DNA of 64,000 nucleotides from an uncultured Prolixibacteraceae bacterium (GCA_903865775.1 CAIPKZ010000419.1:3678-67677), one strand, 5' to 3'; shown: positions 42,732 to 53,128, counted from the first letter of the stretch. Notes: generated from the sequence alone by a model not told the origin. A program made the numbers and translations.

Positions 42732-44615
42732 ATACAAGTATCTGAATATCATTATGGTAATATCATCCGCTTGCGGTTCTGTCCCTTCATGCTGTAAAAT
42801 ACTTTTTAACAGCCTTAAAGTTGCTTCTTCAGCGGTTAAATTCATTAGCTTTTGAATATTCATTTGTAGCCTTTCGGTTCCAAAATGCAAATTTTTATTG
42901 TCTCGTGAATTGATCACACCGTCGGTATATAAAATAATGAGGTCGCCGCTTTCCAATTTAATAAAATCACTTTTATAGGTTTTATCTTTATAAATTCCCA
43001 AAGGCAAACCATGACTTTGCGAAATAGTATGAATGGTCCCATCAGGATGAAGTAGGTATGGGTAATTATGTGCAGCATTGCAGTAATCCATAATTCCAGA
43101 CCGGACATCAATAATTCCGATGAACAATGTCACAAAATACTGATTCGAATTTCTGTCGCTTAATTCATTATTTACCCGGCTGACTATTTCCTTTGCCGAT
43201 AAAACTTTTGCGTGTGTCTTAATCAAGGTACTTGCAATGGCCATAAAAAGTGATGCAGGTATTCCTTTCCCTGAAACATCTCCAATTGCAATCAATAAAT
43301 GGTACTTGTCGATGAAAAAATAATCATACAAATCTCCACCCACCGATTCAACTGGTTTAAGGACAGCATAAAGATCAATTTCAGGATGATCGCGGAAAGC
43401 TGGTTTGCTTGTTGGAATAATATTGAACTGGATTTCGTGTGCTGACTTTAGATCTTTTTCATATTTAAGCCGTTCTATGGCTGTCTGAGTCTGTTGGTCA
43501 ACTAAAATTCCATATTTTATCTGCCAATTTTCCAAACTATCTGCAAGCATTTTTATTTCATTCCTCGATTTATTCTTATATCCATCTGGTGAAGCAAAAC
43601 GTTGAATGGCGTGTGCAACACGAACTAATGGATCAATTATTTTTTTGAATATCAACATATTAAGTAAAAAAAGCAACAGGATTCCCAGACCAGAAACAAG
43701 CAATATTTTCTGAAATATTGCCTGATGATCCAGAAATAATTCGTTTTCAGGAATGACCTGAATTACAGTCCAATTTGATTCGTTCAAAGGGGCAAAATAA
43801 AACCACGACTTTTGGTTGTTTAAATATTCTGAAATACCATATCCTGAACCTCTCCTACCACTTTTTATCATTGATTCAATCTCATCAATCTTATCCTGAA
43901 AAATGGTTGAAGGTTTTTCAAACAAATTCCTTTTCAGAATCCGGTCGCTTTTAGGATGGATCAGAAAATTGCCGGAATTATCAATGATAAAGGCATAACC
44001 ATTTTTCCCAATTTTAATTTCAGAAATCAACTGACTGATTCGGTCCATGGAAACAACACAGGTAACCAATCCTCCATACTCCTTTTTATCAGGAAGATAT
44101 ATGGGAAACTTATACAATACATAGATGTGTGTAGTGTCGTTTAAGTATAAATATGGATCAGACCAGATGCCAGGTTTAAAATTTACGGTTTCTGTCTTTA
44201 GCGTAGATGACAATTTCTCAAACTTTAAACTTTCCGGATCATCAGTAAACTGAGCGGACTTGCCTGAGGAAAATTTAAGAACGCGCTTTTTCTGATAGTC
44301 CAACAATTCGACTTGGATTCCCTCGAGGATATCATTGTATTTCACAACTTGTTGTAAAAAAATATCCAGGTCGTTATTTTTATGATAATAAAATGCCTGG
44401 TATGAAACATTTTTCGCCAGCTCTTCGGTTCCAACTGTATTCCGGGAAATCCTCGAAACAATCAGGTCGCTTTGATTAACTGCACCTTCTTCAATTTTTT
44501 CGATCAATACGTTGTTAATCAAATGATAATTGATGTAAACAATTGAAGCAATGATAAGTATTGCCAGAGAGGTAATGTTTGTATTCAACCGAAATGAGAT
44601 TCCTTTTTTACTCAT
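42711..44615 (-). CDS. Cache-HAMP-SpoIIE (PP2C) sensor phosphatase
   Basis: Two TMs flanking a periplasmic Cache-like domain; VGGDLYD, IGDVSGKG, YTDGV and DDIT motifs. Confidence 0.9.
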   Translation of the reverse strand: MSKKGISFRLNTNITSLAILIIASIVYINYHLINNVLIEKIEEGAVNQSDLIVSRISRNTVGTEELAKNVSYQAFYYHKNNDLDIFLQQVVKYNDILEGIQVELLDYQKKRVLKFSSGKSAQFTDDPESLKFEKLSSTLKTETVNFKPGIWSDPYLYLNDTTHIYVLYKFPIYLPDKKEYGGLVTCVVSMDRISQLISEIKIGKNGYAFIIDNSGNFLIHPKSDRILKRNLFEKPSTIFQDKIDEIESMIKSGRRGSGYGISEYLNNQKSWFYFAPLNESNWTVIQVIPENELFLDHQAIFQKILLVSGLGILLLFLLNMLIFKKIIDPLVRVAHAIQRFASPDGYKNKSRNEIKMLADSLENWQIKYGILVDQQTQTAIERLKYEKDLKSAHEIQFNIIPTSKPAFRDHPEIDLYAVLKPVESVGGDLYDYFFIDKYHLLIAIGDVSGKGIPASLFMAIASTLIKTHAKVLSAKEIVSRVNNELSDRNSNQYFVTLFIGIIDVRSGIMDYCNAAHNYPYLLHPDGTIHTISQSHGLPLGIYKDKTYKSDFIKLESGDLIILYTDGVINSRDNKNLHFGTERLQMNIQKLMNLTAEEATLRLLKSILQHEGTEPQADDITIMIFRYLYKRENQA

Positions 44616-44730
44616 TTTGCTTAGTTTTTGGCTTATCTAATTTAGTGAAAAGATAAAAGCAAAAAGTCAGGCAATCAGATAAAAATAGTTAAGGTCTGTC
44701 ATTTTTAAATTTTACTAAAAATGGACATAA

Positions 44731-44760
44731 AAAAAGCCGGTAAAAATATTACCGGCTCAG
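44731..44760 (-). terminator. Terminator after fabG
   Basis: On the minus strand agccggtaa-tattt-ttaccggct followed by a T-run. Confidence 0.8.
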
Positions 44761-44779
44761 AAAAATATATTTTTTCGCT

Positions 44780-45526
44780 TTAGGTGTTCATTGCACCACA
44801 AACGTTAATAACTTGTCCGCTAACATAGGATGACAGGTCGGAAGCCAAAAACAAAGCAACTTTCGCAACTTCTTCAGGAGTTCCACCACGTTTTAAAGGA
44901 ATACTTGCTTCCCATTGTTTACGGGCATCTTCCGGAATTCTGGCAGTCATTTCAGTAATAATAAATCCTGGAGCAATTGCATTTGAGCGAATTCCGCGTG
45001 AGCCAAGCTCTTTGGCGATTGATTTGGTAAAACCAATAATTCCGGCTTTTGATGCTGAATAGTTGGATTGGCCTGCATTTCCGCTAACTCCAACTACTGA
45101 ACTCAAATTAACGATCGAACCGGATTTTTGCTTCAGCATAATCTTCTGGACAGCTTTTGTAAAATTGAAAACAGATTTCAGATTTACGTTAATTACTGCA
45201 TCCCACTGGTCTTCTGTCATTCGCATCAACAAGGTATCTTTGGTAATACCTGCATTATTTACCAATGCATCAACTGCACCAAAATCGGCAACAATTTCAT
45301 TCACTACCCGATCAGTATCATCAAAATTAGCTGCATTCGATGCATATCCTTTGGCTTTTATACCAAGCGCATTTAATTCAGCTTCAGTATTTTTCATGTT
45401 CTCATCTTCAAAAAGGTCAGTGAAAGCAATGTTGCAACCTTCCTCGGCAAATTTAATGGCAATTGCTTTTCCGATGCCTCTTGATGCGCCAGTTATTATG
45501 GCAGTTTTTCCTAAAAGAAGTTTCAT
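44780..45526 (-). CDS. fabG: 3-oxoacyl-ACP reductase
   Basis: TGASRGIG, NNAGITKD, YSASKAG and APGFI motifs. Confidence 0.96.
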   Translation of the reverse strand: MKLLLGKTAIITGASRGIGKAIAIKFAEEGCNIAFTDLFEDENMKNTEAELNALGIKAKGYASNAANFDDTDRVVNEIVADFGAVDALVNNAGITKDTLLMRMTEDQWDAVINVNLKSVFNFTKAVQKIMLKQKSGSIVNLSSVVGVSGNAGQSNYSASKAGIIGFTKSIAKELGSRGIRSNAIAPGFIITEMTARIPEDARKQWEASIPLKRGGTPEEVAKVALFLASDLSSYVSGQVINVCGAMNT

Positions 45527-45770
45527 ATTAGAATATTTGATTTATGATTTTTCAAATTACGGCAAATGTAATAAAATATGCGAAACCAACTGTTTTACGC
45601 TCCTTTTATGAGCATTGTCAAACTATTGCTGACAAATTTTATGAAATATTTCAAACACCTGTGATTAAACGATCCTGAAATATCAATTGGAAACACAAAA
45701 CGTTGGAATATAAAAAATACTAACTTCGCGCACTTTTTGATTCAATAAAACTGCAGAAACAGATATTTAC

Positions 45771-46601
45771 ATGACGAATGTTCAGAAAAGCCTATGTGTT
45801 TTGATGCATTACAGTAAGCATGATCAAATCCCCAAATATGTGCGGTCATATATCTGTGAGCTTTCAAAATCTTTCGATCAGGTAATATTAGTTTCCAACC
45901 AGCGGTCGATACAAACAAGTACTTTTCCGGATAATCAAAACGTATCGATCATGTTTGTGATGAATGAAGGGTATGATTTTGGTATGTTTTATAAAGCCTT
46001 CAAATCAATTAATCCGTCTGAATATCATCAAATTGCGTGTATTAATGATTCCAACATACTTTTCAATAGTCTAAGCGAAATTTTTCAATGGGGTTCAACA
46101 CAGTCTGCTGATTTTTGGGGTCTCATCGACTCAAACGAAGCACCCTGGTTTTCAACTCACCTGAATAACTACCATATTCAAAGTCATTTTCTTGTCTTTA
46201 ATGAAAATGCAATTAAATGCCTGCCAGCCTATTTTGAAACGCTTGACACGAATGCAATATTTAATGAAAAGGATCCCAAAAAACTTCGAAGACTGGTTAT
46301 CGACCAATGGGAAATCGGATTAAGCCAGTTTTTACTGAATAAGGGATTAAAAAGTGCCTCATTCTGCACTAGCAAAACCTTGTTGTCAAAATATAAGAGT
46401 AAAGGGAAAAACATCACTCATTCACTTCATAAAGAATTAATTAAGGAAGGATATCCACTCTTGAAAAAGAAAATTGTTCTCCAAAAGAGTTGGAGGTCCT
46501 GGCTTGGTTTTCAAGAACCCTGGGAAAAATTAATCATAAAGCATTCAACCGATGATTGGAATATGCCTTCACTAATTCATGAAATACGTTCAATTTCTTA
46601 G
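45771..46601 (+). CDS. Rhamnan synthesis protein F-like protein
   Basis: NEGYDFG, NDS, ADFWG, HIQSHF and EIGLSQ motifs. Confidence 0.75.
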   Translation: MTNVQKSLCVLMHYSKHDQIPKYVRSYICELSKSFDQVILVSNQRSIQTSTFPDNQNVSIMFVMNEGYDFGMFYKAFKSINPSEYHQIACINDSNILFNSLSEIFQWGSTQSADFWGLIDSNEAPWFSTHLNNYHIQSHFLVFNENAIKCLPAYFETLDTNAIFNEKDPKKLRRLVIDQWEIGLSQFLLNKGLKSASFCTSKTLLSKYKSKGKNITHSLHKELIKEGYPLLKKKIVLQKSWRSWLGFQEPWEKLIIKHSTDDWNMPSLIHEIRSIS

Positions 46602-46724
46602 TCCCTGTTATAAGTATTCTTATTTCAAATTCCTTATTGATTGTAAAGTAAGCTGATGATGAAATAGTCGATATCGTTTGGTCAGAAGAAAATCAAGTGA
46701 TACTTTAGTGAAAATTTTGATCCA

Positions 46725-47534
46725 ATGGATAATCCGGAAATAAAAATATACTCATTTCATTATAAACCTGGTCCTCTGGTTGAATGCGAATCGATTTACA
46801 TTCCGGTTTTCTCAGGAAAAATCAATTTCACAGGATCATGTGATATGATTGGTGATGATACCGGTGAAAACATTTCAAGTAAAAACAATTATTACAGCGA
46901 GCTTACAGGTATTTATTGGGCATGGAAGAACCAACAGGCCGACATCACCGGAACCTGTCATTACCGGCGATTTCTTACCAATAAACAAGAACCCCTCTCC
47001 TACCGGATTAAGCGATTACTTTACTTCGTAGCCGGATTGCATAAAAAACGGTATGGTCTGATTTATACGAATAACATCGGACGGTTTAGAGATGCTATTC
47101 TGAAAAAAGACGAGATTACGGAAATATTGGAAACTTATGATGCAATATTTCCGCAAAAACGAAAATTCAGGTATTCTGTGAGAGAACATTTCAGTCGTTA
47201 CCATGACATTCGCGATTTGGATATACTTAAAGAAATTATTCAGGAAAAACATTCGGATTATTTAGCGGCATTTTATCATGTTCTAAATGGCAACCGCCTG
47301 TATGCCAACAACATGTTTATTCTTAAAGATAAACATTATCAAGAGTTTATGACCTGGTGGTTCGATATCTTATTTGAATTTGAAAGTCGTGTTAATAAAG
47401 CCGACTATGAAGGCTATCAGCAGCGAATCATGGGTTTTATTGCTGAACGATTACTCACCATCTGGGTGTATCATCAGAATTTACGGATCAAAGAGCTTCC
47501 GGTAATCTATTTTAAAAAGCTTAAGAAAGCTTAA
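46725..47534 (+). CDS. DUF4422-like glycosyltransferase-associated protein
   Basis: GDDTGENIS, YSELTGIYWAWKN, HYRRF and FIAERLL motifs. Confidence 0.85.
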   Translation: MDNPEIKIYSFHYKPGPLVECESIYIPVFSGKINFTGSCDMIGDDTGENISSKNNYYSELTGIYWAWKNQQADITGTCHYRRFLTNKQEPLSYRIKRLLYFVAGLHKKRYGLIYTNNIGRFRDAILKKDEITEILETYDAIFPQKRKFRYSVREHFSRYHDIRDLDILKEIIQEKHSDYLAAFYHVLNGNRLYANNMFILKDKHYQEFMTWWFDILFEFESRVNKADYEGYQQRIMGFIAERLLTIWVYHQNLRIKELPVIYFKKLKKA

Positions 47535-47623
47535 CTCTACAATTTCCCTTTTTCCAAAAATATCAGGGCATCATCCGAAATCCATTGCCATTTGCTATTT
47601 TTACAATCAATTTAAAAGGAAAA

Positions 47624-49018
47624 ATGCTCGACCAAATTACCATATGTGCCATCGCCACTCCTCCGGGAATGGGAGCTATCGCCACAATCCGCTTGTCAGG
47701 AGAAAAAGCAATTGAAATTGCTGATTCTGTATTTCATTCGCCAGTAAATGGCAAAAAACTGGCGGATCAAAAACCCAATACATTACATTTTGGAAGCATT
47801 TCGGATGGCAATGAGCTGATTGACGAAGTAGTTGTATCCATCTTTAAAGCGCCACATTCGTATACTGGTGAAGAGGTGATTGAGATTACCAGTCATGGTT
47901 CAGTATATATTCAGCAACGGATTCTTCAGCTTTTAATCACACAAGGAGCACGGATGGCTCTTCCGGGCGAATTTACTCAGCGAGCATTCCTGAATGGAAA
48001 GATGGACCTTTCGCAGGCCGAAGCAGTTGCCGACCTGATTTCTTCGACCAACCGGTCAGCACAGAAAGTAGCAATCAACCAAATGCGTGGTGGTTTCTCA
48101 TCTGAATTATCGAACCTTCGGAAAGAATTGTTGCATTTCATAGCCATGATTGAACTGGAACTTGATTTCAGCGAAGAAGATGTTGAATTTGCCGACCGCA
48201 ATCAACTCCGGAAACTGGTTTCTAAAATTGAAGAAATTCTCCGGAAGCTGAAAAATTCGTTTCAGCTGGGAAATGTGATTAAGAATGGAATTCCGGTTGC
48301 AATTATTGGCGATACCAATGTAGGCAAGTCTACCCTGTTGAATTCCTTGCTAAACGAGGAAAAAGCTATTGTATCCGACATTCATGGAACTACACGCGAT
48401 GTAATTGAAGATGTGGTGAATATTCATGGTACTGCATTTCGTTTTTTCGATACTGCAGGAATCCGTGAAACGACCGACAAAATTGAAACTCTCGGAATTG
48501 AGCGCAGTTACAGTAAGCTTGACCAGGCAACAGTGGTCATTCTGGTGGTTGATACTATAAATGAATTTAAAGTTGTTCTCAGCCGATTAGTAGAAATAAG
48601 AAAACGAATATCTGGACAGTACCTGATTATAGCTGCGAATAAAGTAGATCGCGGTTTACCGCAAACCATTTCAGAACTCAAAGAAATGCAGCTCCTTGAC
48701 AATGAAAAGCTCGTTTTTATCGCTGCCAAACAAAATACAAATCTCGACGTGCTGATTCAGGAAATGCAGAAAGCCGTTTCGCTTGATTCGATCGGCGAAG
48801 ATGCGGTAATCGTCACCAATGTGCGTCACTTCGAAGCACTGACAAGAGCACATGAATCAATTGAAAGAGTGCAACTTGGACTAGATAATCTGATTTCAGG
48901 AGACTTTTTGGCACAAGACATTCGTGAATGCCTTTATTACCTTGGCGAAATCACTGGTGAGATATCAAATGACGAGATTTTGGGGCATATTTTCAAGAAC
49001 TTCTGCATCGGCAAATAA
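47624..49018 (+). CDS. mnmE: tRNA modification GTPase MnmE
   Basis: TICAIAT, GEFTQRAFLNGK, NVGKST, DTAGIR and C-terminal FCIGK. Confidence 0.98.
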   Translation: MLDQITICAIATPPGMGAIATIRLSGEKAIEIADSVFHSPVNGKKLADQKPNTLHFGSISDGNELIDEVVVSIFKAPHSYTGEEVIEITSHGSVYIQQRILQLLITQGARMALPGEFTQRAFLNGKMDLSQAEAVADLISSTNRSAQKVAINQMRGGFSSELSNLRKELLHFIAMIELELDFSEEDVEFADRNQLRKLVSKIEEILRKLKNSFQLGNVIKNGIPVAIIGDTNVGKSTLLNSLLNEEKAIVSDIHGTTRDVIEDVVNIHGTAFRFFDTAGIRETTDKIETLGIERSYSKLDQATVVILVVDTINEFKVVLSRLVEIRKRISGQYLIIAANKVDRGLPQTISELKEMQLLDNEKLVFIAAKQNTNLDVLIQEMQKAVSLDSIGEDAVIVTNVRHFEALTRAHESIERVQLGLDNLISGDFLAQDIRECLYYLGEITGEISNDEILGHIFKNFCIGK

Positions 49019-49178
49019 TTCTTAATGAATGAATATCCATTCACTAAGGCAATAATATGATGTATGTGAATGATATTTCATTCAAACCACCATTGAGATA
49101 ACTGACCGGAAAAGGTTGAAGAAATAATATATATATCGTTTCTACCGTCAGTCACATGACAATTTTTATTTTACAAAA

Positions 49179-49544
49179 TCAAATTCCCAGTACAATATTT
49201 GGACTAATATCCAATTTGACACAGATCACACGGGCAACCTTCAATGTTGGTTCGCTTTTCCCAGTGAGATATTCACTAATGCGTGAAGGACTCACTCCGA
49301 TGATTTCAGATAACATGTTTTGTGTCAGATCCTTTTCATACATCTTTAGTTTTAGAACCTCAGGAAGTGATGGCGTTTTTATCGGGTAATGAGCCTCATC
49401 ATAATCGGCAACCAGATTCGAAAGCAATTCCAGTTCCACCAGGTTCTTATCAGTCAAAGGAGTATTATCTGTAACCAAAGGTAATAGTTCCTCTATTCTC
49501 TCCATAAAGGCTTTGTACTGTAGTTCGTTTTCTATTTTTGTCAT
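49179..49544 (-). CDS. higA: HigA-like antitoxin (HTH)
   Basis: ELELLSNLVADYDEAHYPI and C-terminal XRE HTH; downstream of higB. Confidence 0.88.
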   Translation of the reverse strand: MTKIENELQYKAFMERIEELLPLVTDNTPLTDKNLVELELLSNLVADYDEAHYPIKTPSLPEVLKLKMYEKDLTQNMLSEIIGVSPSRISEYLTGKSEPTLKVARVICVKLDISPNIVLGI

Positions 49545-49547
49545 ATC

Positions 49548-49841
49548 CTAAATATTAGTACAGTCAATTTTATCATATTCGCTATGCGTACCGATAAAGC
49601 GGATGTAAACCATCTTTATCTGAAATTTGATCACTACAACCAATCGGTATTCGTTCCCTTTTAAATTGAAAACGTAGTGTTGATTTCCCACGCTATCAAC
49701 ACTATTGAAATCCTTTTTAACGTCTGCAAAAGATTGCCAACCGGCAGAGGTTGTTTTGGTATACCAGTTCTCAATGGCCGTTTTGGCCTCCGGTCTGTTC
49801 GAGTAAAATTCTACCAATGTTCGGTGTGCAATAATCCTCAT
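49548..49841 (-). CDS. higB: HigB-family toxin
   Basis: YVFNLKGNEYRLVV and RFIGTHSEYDKI motifs. Confidence 0.92.
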   Translation of the reverse strand: MRIIAHRTLVEFYSNRPEAKTAIENWYTKTTSAGWQSFADVKKDFNSVDSVGNQHYVFNLKGNEYRLVVVIKFQIKMVYIRFIGTHSEYDKIDCTNI

Positions 49842-50321
49842 TTACGTTTTTGTTTTACACAACAAAGTTAGTAGCAATATTTTGAATTACAAAATTAATT
49901 TCTATAAAGCAAAATAATCTTGTTTCCTACATATATGAAAGCGATAGACAAAAACTGTCTTGAAGATCCGGAAGATAAGCCAAAAAGATTTCAACCAATC
50001 GATTCTAATCACTAATTTTGAGGAATTATGGGAGAATTGGGAGGCATTATATCTGTCTAAACTGCTCCAGGTAGCATTTAGCAAAATATCGAACGAAAAA
50101 CAAATCAATAATAGAGTTAAAATACTGATCTACAGGTTACAATATCGAATTAACATTTCCTTTAGTTGCTTTTGCATGACTGAATATTGTTGGCTATTTG
50201 TTGCCAAAATCCACGAAAAATCAATAAAATAAAACATTTTTACTTTCTGCATCTTCACATGGCACTTAAATTAAAAAAATCCCCGGAACATTAGCAGCCA
50301 GTGACTCTTGATCTGGCCAAA

Positions 50322-51446
50322 CTATTTAGTAATGATCAGTTTCAGGGTCGTTACAATTGAACCAAAAGTTGATTTGATAAAATACATACCCTTAGGTTGA
50401 TTCGACAGATTAAATTCTTCAGACAAACCTGAAAATATTCGCGATGCAACTTTTCTTCCTGAAATATCAAGGATTTCAATACTGCCATTGGCTTTAGAAA
50501 TTTGAGACATGCGAACAGTGATTCTACCTGTGGAAGGATTAGGGAAAATATCTATTTCAGCCAAATTTTCAATGCTTTTTGTAGTTGTTGAAACTGATTT
50601 CAATGACACCAGAATAGTGGCATTCTTTTCATATTTCATTTGCCCGTTGACAATTTCACCCTCCACAATTAATTCGTCACCAGTAACATGTTTCCAGGCT
50701 TTTAATTCAATTGTATTTCCATCGATAAATCCATCCGGCATTTTGTCGCTGCTTGATGAAGATGCAATTAAGCTTGCTGTTCCACTTGATAAAACATCTT
50801 CTGAAATCTTGAGAGTTCCAACACAAATTTTACCATCAAAGGCAGCTAATTCGTCTCCGGCAACAAGACCAGATTCACCGATTCCAAGCAAATTAATATT
50901 CATATGGTCAGAGCTATTTGGTGCAGAGACTGTTGAGAAAAATCCAGCATAGGATGAGATTTCAACTACTGAAGTTGCCTCCGAAATAAATTTTCCGGTT
51001 GTGATCCATGTTGCTACATCATTTCTAAAGGTAACAGAATTTGCACGAATTTCTTTCTGATTTTTATTATCCCAAATTTTAAAAGTAATGGTATCGTTAT
51101 TGGTGAAACCGTTATTTGTCCCATCATTTTGTGAGGCCGGAATATTAAGAAAAGTAGTATTTACAGCAATGTTAATGGGTTGTGATAATTTCTTTGCTCC
51201 AACGCACAAAGAGCCGCTAAACACAGCTATTTCGTCATCAACAGCAAGCGAAATATTTTCCAGATTTGCAGAAACTACTACAAAATTCATATGATTCTGG
51301 CCATTTTCACCTTGCCATACCGTAGTAAAATGTGTTTGTGCATTCGCCTTCTGTATATTTATTGAAGCAATGCTTAATAAAAGACAAAAAATAATGCACG
51401 AAAAATACTTTACTCTTTTTTCAATCCTTAGGTAAAACTCCATCAT
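50322..51446 (-). CDS. T9SS cargo protein with two internal repeats
   Basis: Signal peptide, two HMN...DE[I/L]A[V/A]F.G..CVG modules and C-terminal IFPNP...GMYFIK CTD. Confidence 0.8.
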   Translation of the reverse strand: MMEFYLRIEKRVKYFSCIIFCLLLSIASINIQKANAQTHFTTVWQGENGQNHMNFVVVSANLENISLAVDDEIAVFSGSLCVGAKKLSQPINIAVNTTFLNIPASQNDGTNNGFTNNDTITFKIWDNKNQKEIRANSVTFRNDVATWITTGKFISEATSVVEISSYAGFFSTVSAPNSSDHMNINLLGIGESGLVAGDELAAFDGKICVGTLKISEDVLSSGTASLIASSSSSDKMPDGFIDGNTIELKAWKHVTGDELIVEGEIVNGQMKYEKNATILVSLKSVSTTTKSIENLAEIDIFPNPSTGRITVRMSQISKANGSIEILDISGRKVASRIFSGLSEEFNLSNQPKGMYFIKSTFGSIVTTLKLIITK

Positions 51447-51494
51447 AACAATTGCTTTTTAAAATCGACAGCATAAGAAATCTGTCTTTTCCGA

Positions 51495-51518
51495 TTTGGA
51501 TAACATATGTTATCCAAA
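51495..51518. promoter_or_regulatory. Perfect 24-bp palindrome, candidate operator
   Basis: TTTGGATAACAT|ATGTTATCCAAA, about 50 bp upstream of the T9SS gene start. Confidence 0.55.
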
Positions 51519-51912
51519 CGGCATACCAAGGAGTTCAAAAGCTTTCAATAAAGTCTTTAACTAAAATATAAAACACTGTATGTATGTGATTTATATGAAT
51601 AAAAATAATATCTACTGAACGATATTTTTTACATTATGAATATTTGGCTGGCATTTAGCCTCATTTTATCGCACAATTGTGCGGCAAATTGCAAACTGCT
51701 AATAACCAAGGCATTCTCATTTTCACCTTTTCAGACTATGTTGATTTTAAGTTAATTAATGTTATAGTTTATCAAATAAACCCATATATATAAGCTTAAA
51801 GTTTATATTTGTTTTTTTATAAACCTTTTCAGGAATTTACACGTTAATTGTAGCACAAAGGCACTATAAGACTTTAATATAAAGTGATTTCAATAATTGA
51901 AAGGAAAACAAG

Positions 51913-52071
51913 ATGTTCGAAAAAAAACAGCACGATTTTAAAACACCGGATTTAACCAAATTACAGGAAGTGATCATTGATGTTAAGACAAGAATCTACA
52001 TTGCAGTTGGTGCTGATCCAAAAGAGGCCAGAATTCGATATTTTTCACGGCTTGAGAATAAGAAACTTTAG
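51913..52071 (+). CDS. Small hypothetical protein, 52 aa
   Basis: MFEKKQHDFKTPDLTKLQEVIIDVKTRIYIAVGADPKEARIRYFSRLENKKL, with an A-rich leader and a downstream hairpin. Confidence 0.65.
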   Translation: MFEKKQHDFKTPDLTKLQEVIIDVKTRIYIAVGADPKEARIRYFSRLENKKL

Positions 52072-52093
52072 GAGTTTTCTATTCCAGTTAACT

Positions 52094-52131
52094 TTTCAAG
52101 AATGCAATCTTAGCGGAGTGCATTCTTGAAA
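52094..52131. terminator. Terminator-like hairpin after the small ORF
   Basis: tttcaagaatgca / tgcattcttgaaa, 13-bp perfect IR between convergent genes. Confidence 0.65.
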
Positions 52132-52273
52132 TTTCAAAAAATACAACTTCATTTTACTTCAGAAACGATATTTTCCATAAATATCTATTGACTCTAATTT
52201 CTGAAAAATTTCCTTTTAATTTAGAATTTAAACGTAATCGCTTGCCTGTAGGTAAATGATTGATCCGATTAAT

Positions 52274-53128
52274 CTATAGTAAAACAACGATTGGGCTTTG
52301 CCGCGAAGTTTCGTTTCTGAATTTTACTTTGGGGTAACCAACCAACAGCGAAGCATAAACCTGATGGTTTGCTGGTACTTTAAACTGCGGATTTAGTTTA
52401 CTCTTTCTTCCCATCGCTTTCACAATAAACCCGTTAAAACAAGTACCCAAGCCAAGTGTATTGGCAAAAATAGACGTATAGGTTGCCCAGATATTGGCAT
52501 CGGCTTCAGCCATCCCGGTTTTTGAAGATTCGCCATGAAACAGCAAAACTGCCGGTGCATGGTGGCAAATCTGCGAATCGTTTGTTTGCTGGCGTTCAAT
52601 GAACAATTCTTTATAGCGTTTGAGCTTTTTAATATTCATCGAAGGAGCAAAAATCCGGATGAATGGACTAATCCAAGGGGAACAGACCAGGCTAAATAAA
52701 CGGATCAAAGCCTCAGCAGTTAAATCATTCAGTAATTTTACTTTTTCTTTCGAGCGGACAATCGAAATCTGCAACGGACGGGCATTGCTTGCCGACGGAT
52801 AATGTTTCATGTTATCAACCAACTGAAGCAAAACAGCATCCGGAACATCCTTTGACAGATAACTCCGGCAAGACCGGATACCTGAAGTTAAATTCCTGAA
52901 ATCTTTCGGAGTCACTGTATGCGGCTGAAGAAGAAAGACATCCCCAAAATCAGGCCGCACAGCCATTTCGGGACAAATAGCCACACAATGTCCGCAATGA
53001 ATGCAGCTATCGGAAATTTCGCCTGTTTCGATGGTGATGGCATTCGAAGGACAATCCTTCTCACATTTTAAACATTTGGTACATCTTTCGAGATTGATTA
53101 CAGGCATAACGTTGGATTTTTCTGTCAC
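52274..53128 (-). CDS. 4Fe-4S dicluster-nitroreductase fusion
   Basis: CxxCxxCxxxCP twice, PSASNARP and LGLGTCFNG motifs. Confidence 0.9.
   Translation of the reverse strand: MTEKSNVMPVINLERCTKCLKCEKDCPSNAITIETGEISDSCIHCGHCVAICPEMAVRPDFGDVFLLQPHTVTPKDFRNLTSGIRSCRSYLSKDVPDAVLLQLVDNMKHYPSASNARPLQISIVRSKEKVKLLNDLTAEALIRLFSLVCSPWISPFIRIFAPSMNIKKLKRYKELFIERQQTNDSQICHHAPAVLLFHGESSKTGMAEADANIWATYTSIFANTLGLGTCFNGFIVKAMGRKSKLNPQFKVPANHQVYASLLVGYPKVKFRNETSRQSPIVVLL

Noticed and set aside
49902-50232. 68-aa and 90-aa ORFs between higB and the T9SS gene
   Set aside because: They overlap on opposite strands, have atypical composition and show no motifs.
49000-52270. Intact integrative element at mnmE
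   Set aside because: There is no integrase or transposase, and no convincing direct repeat of the mnmE 3' end.
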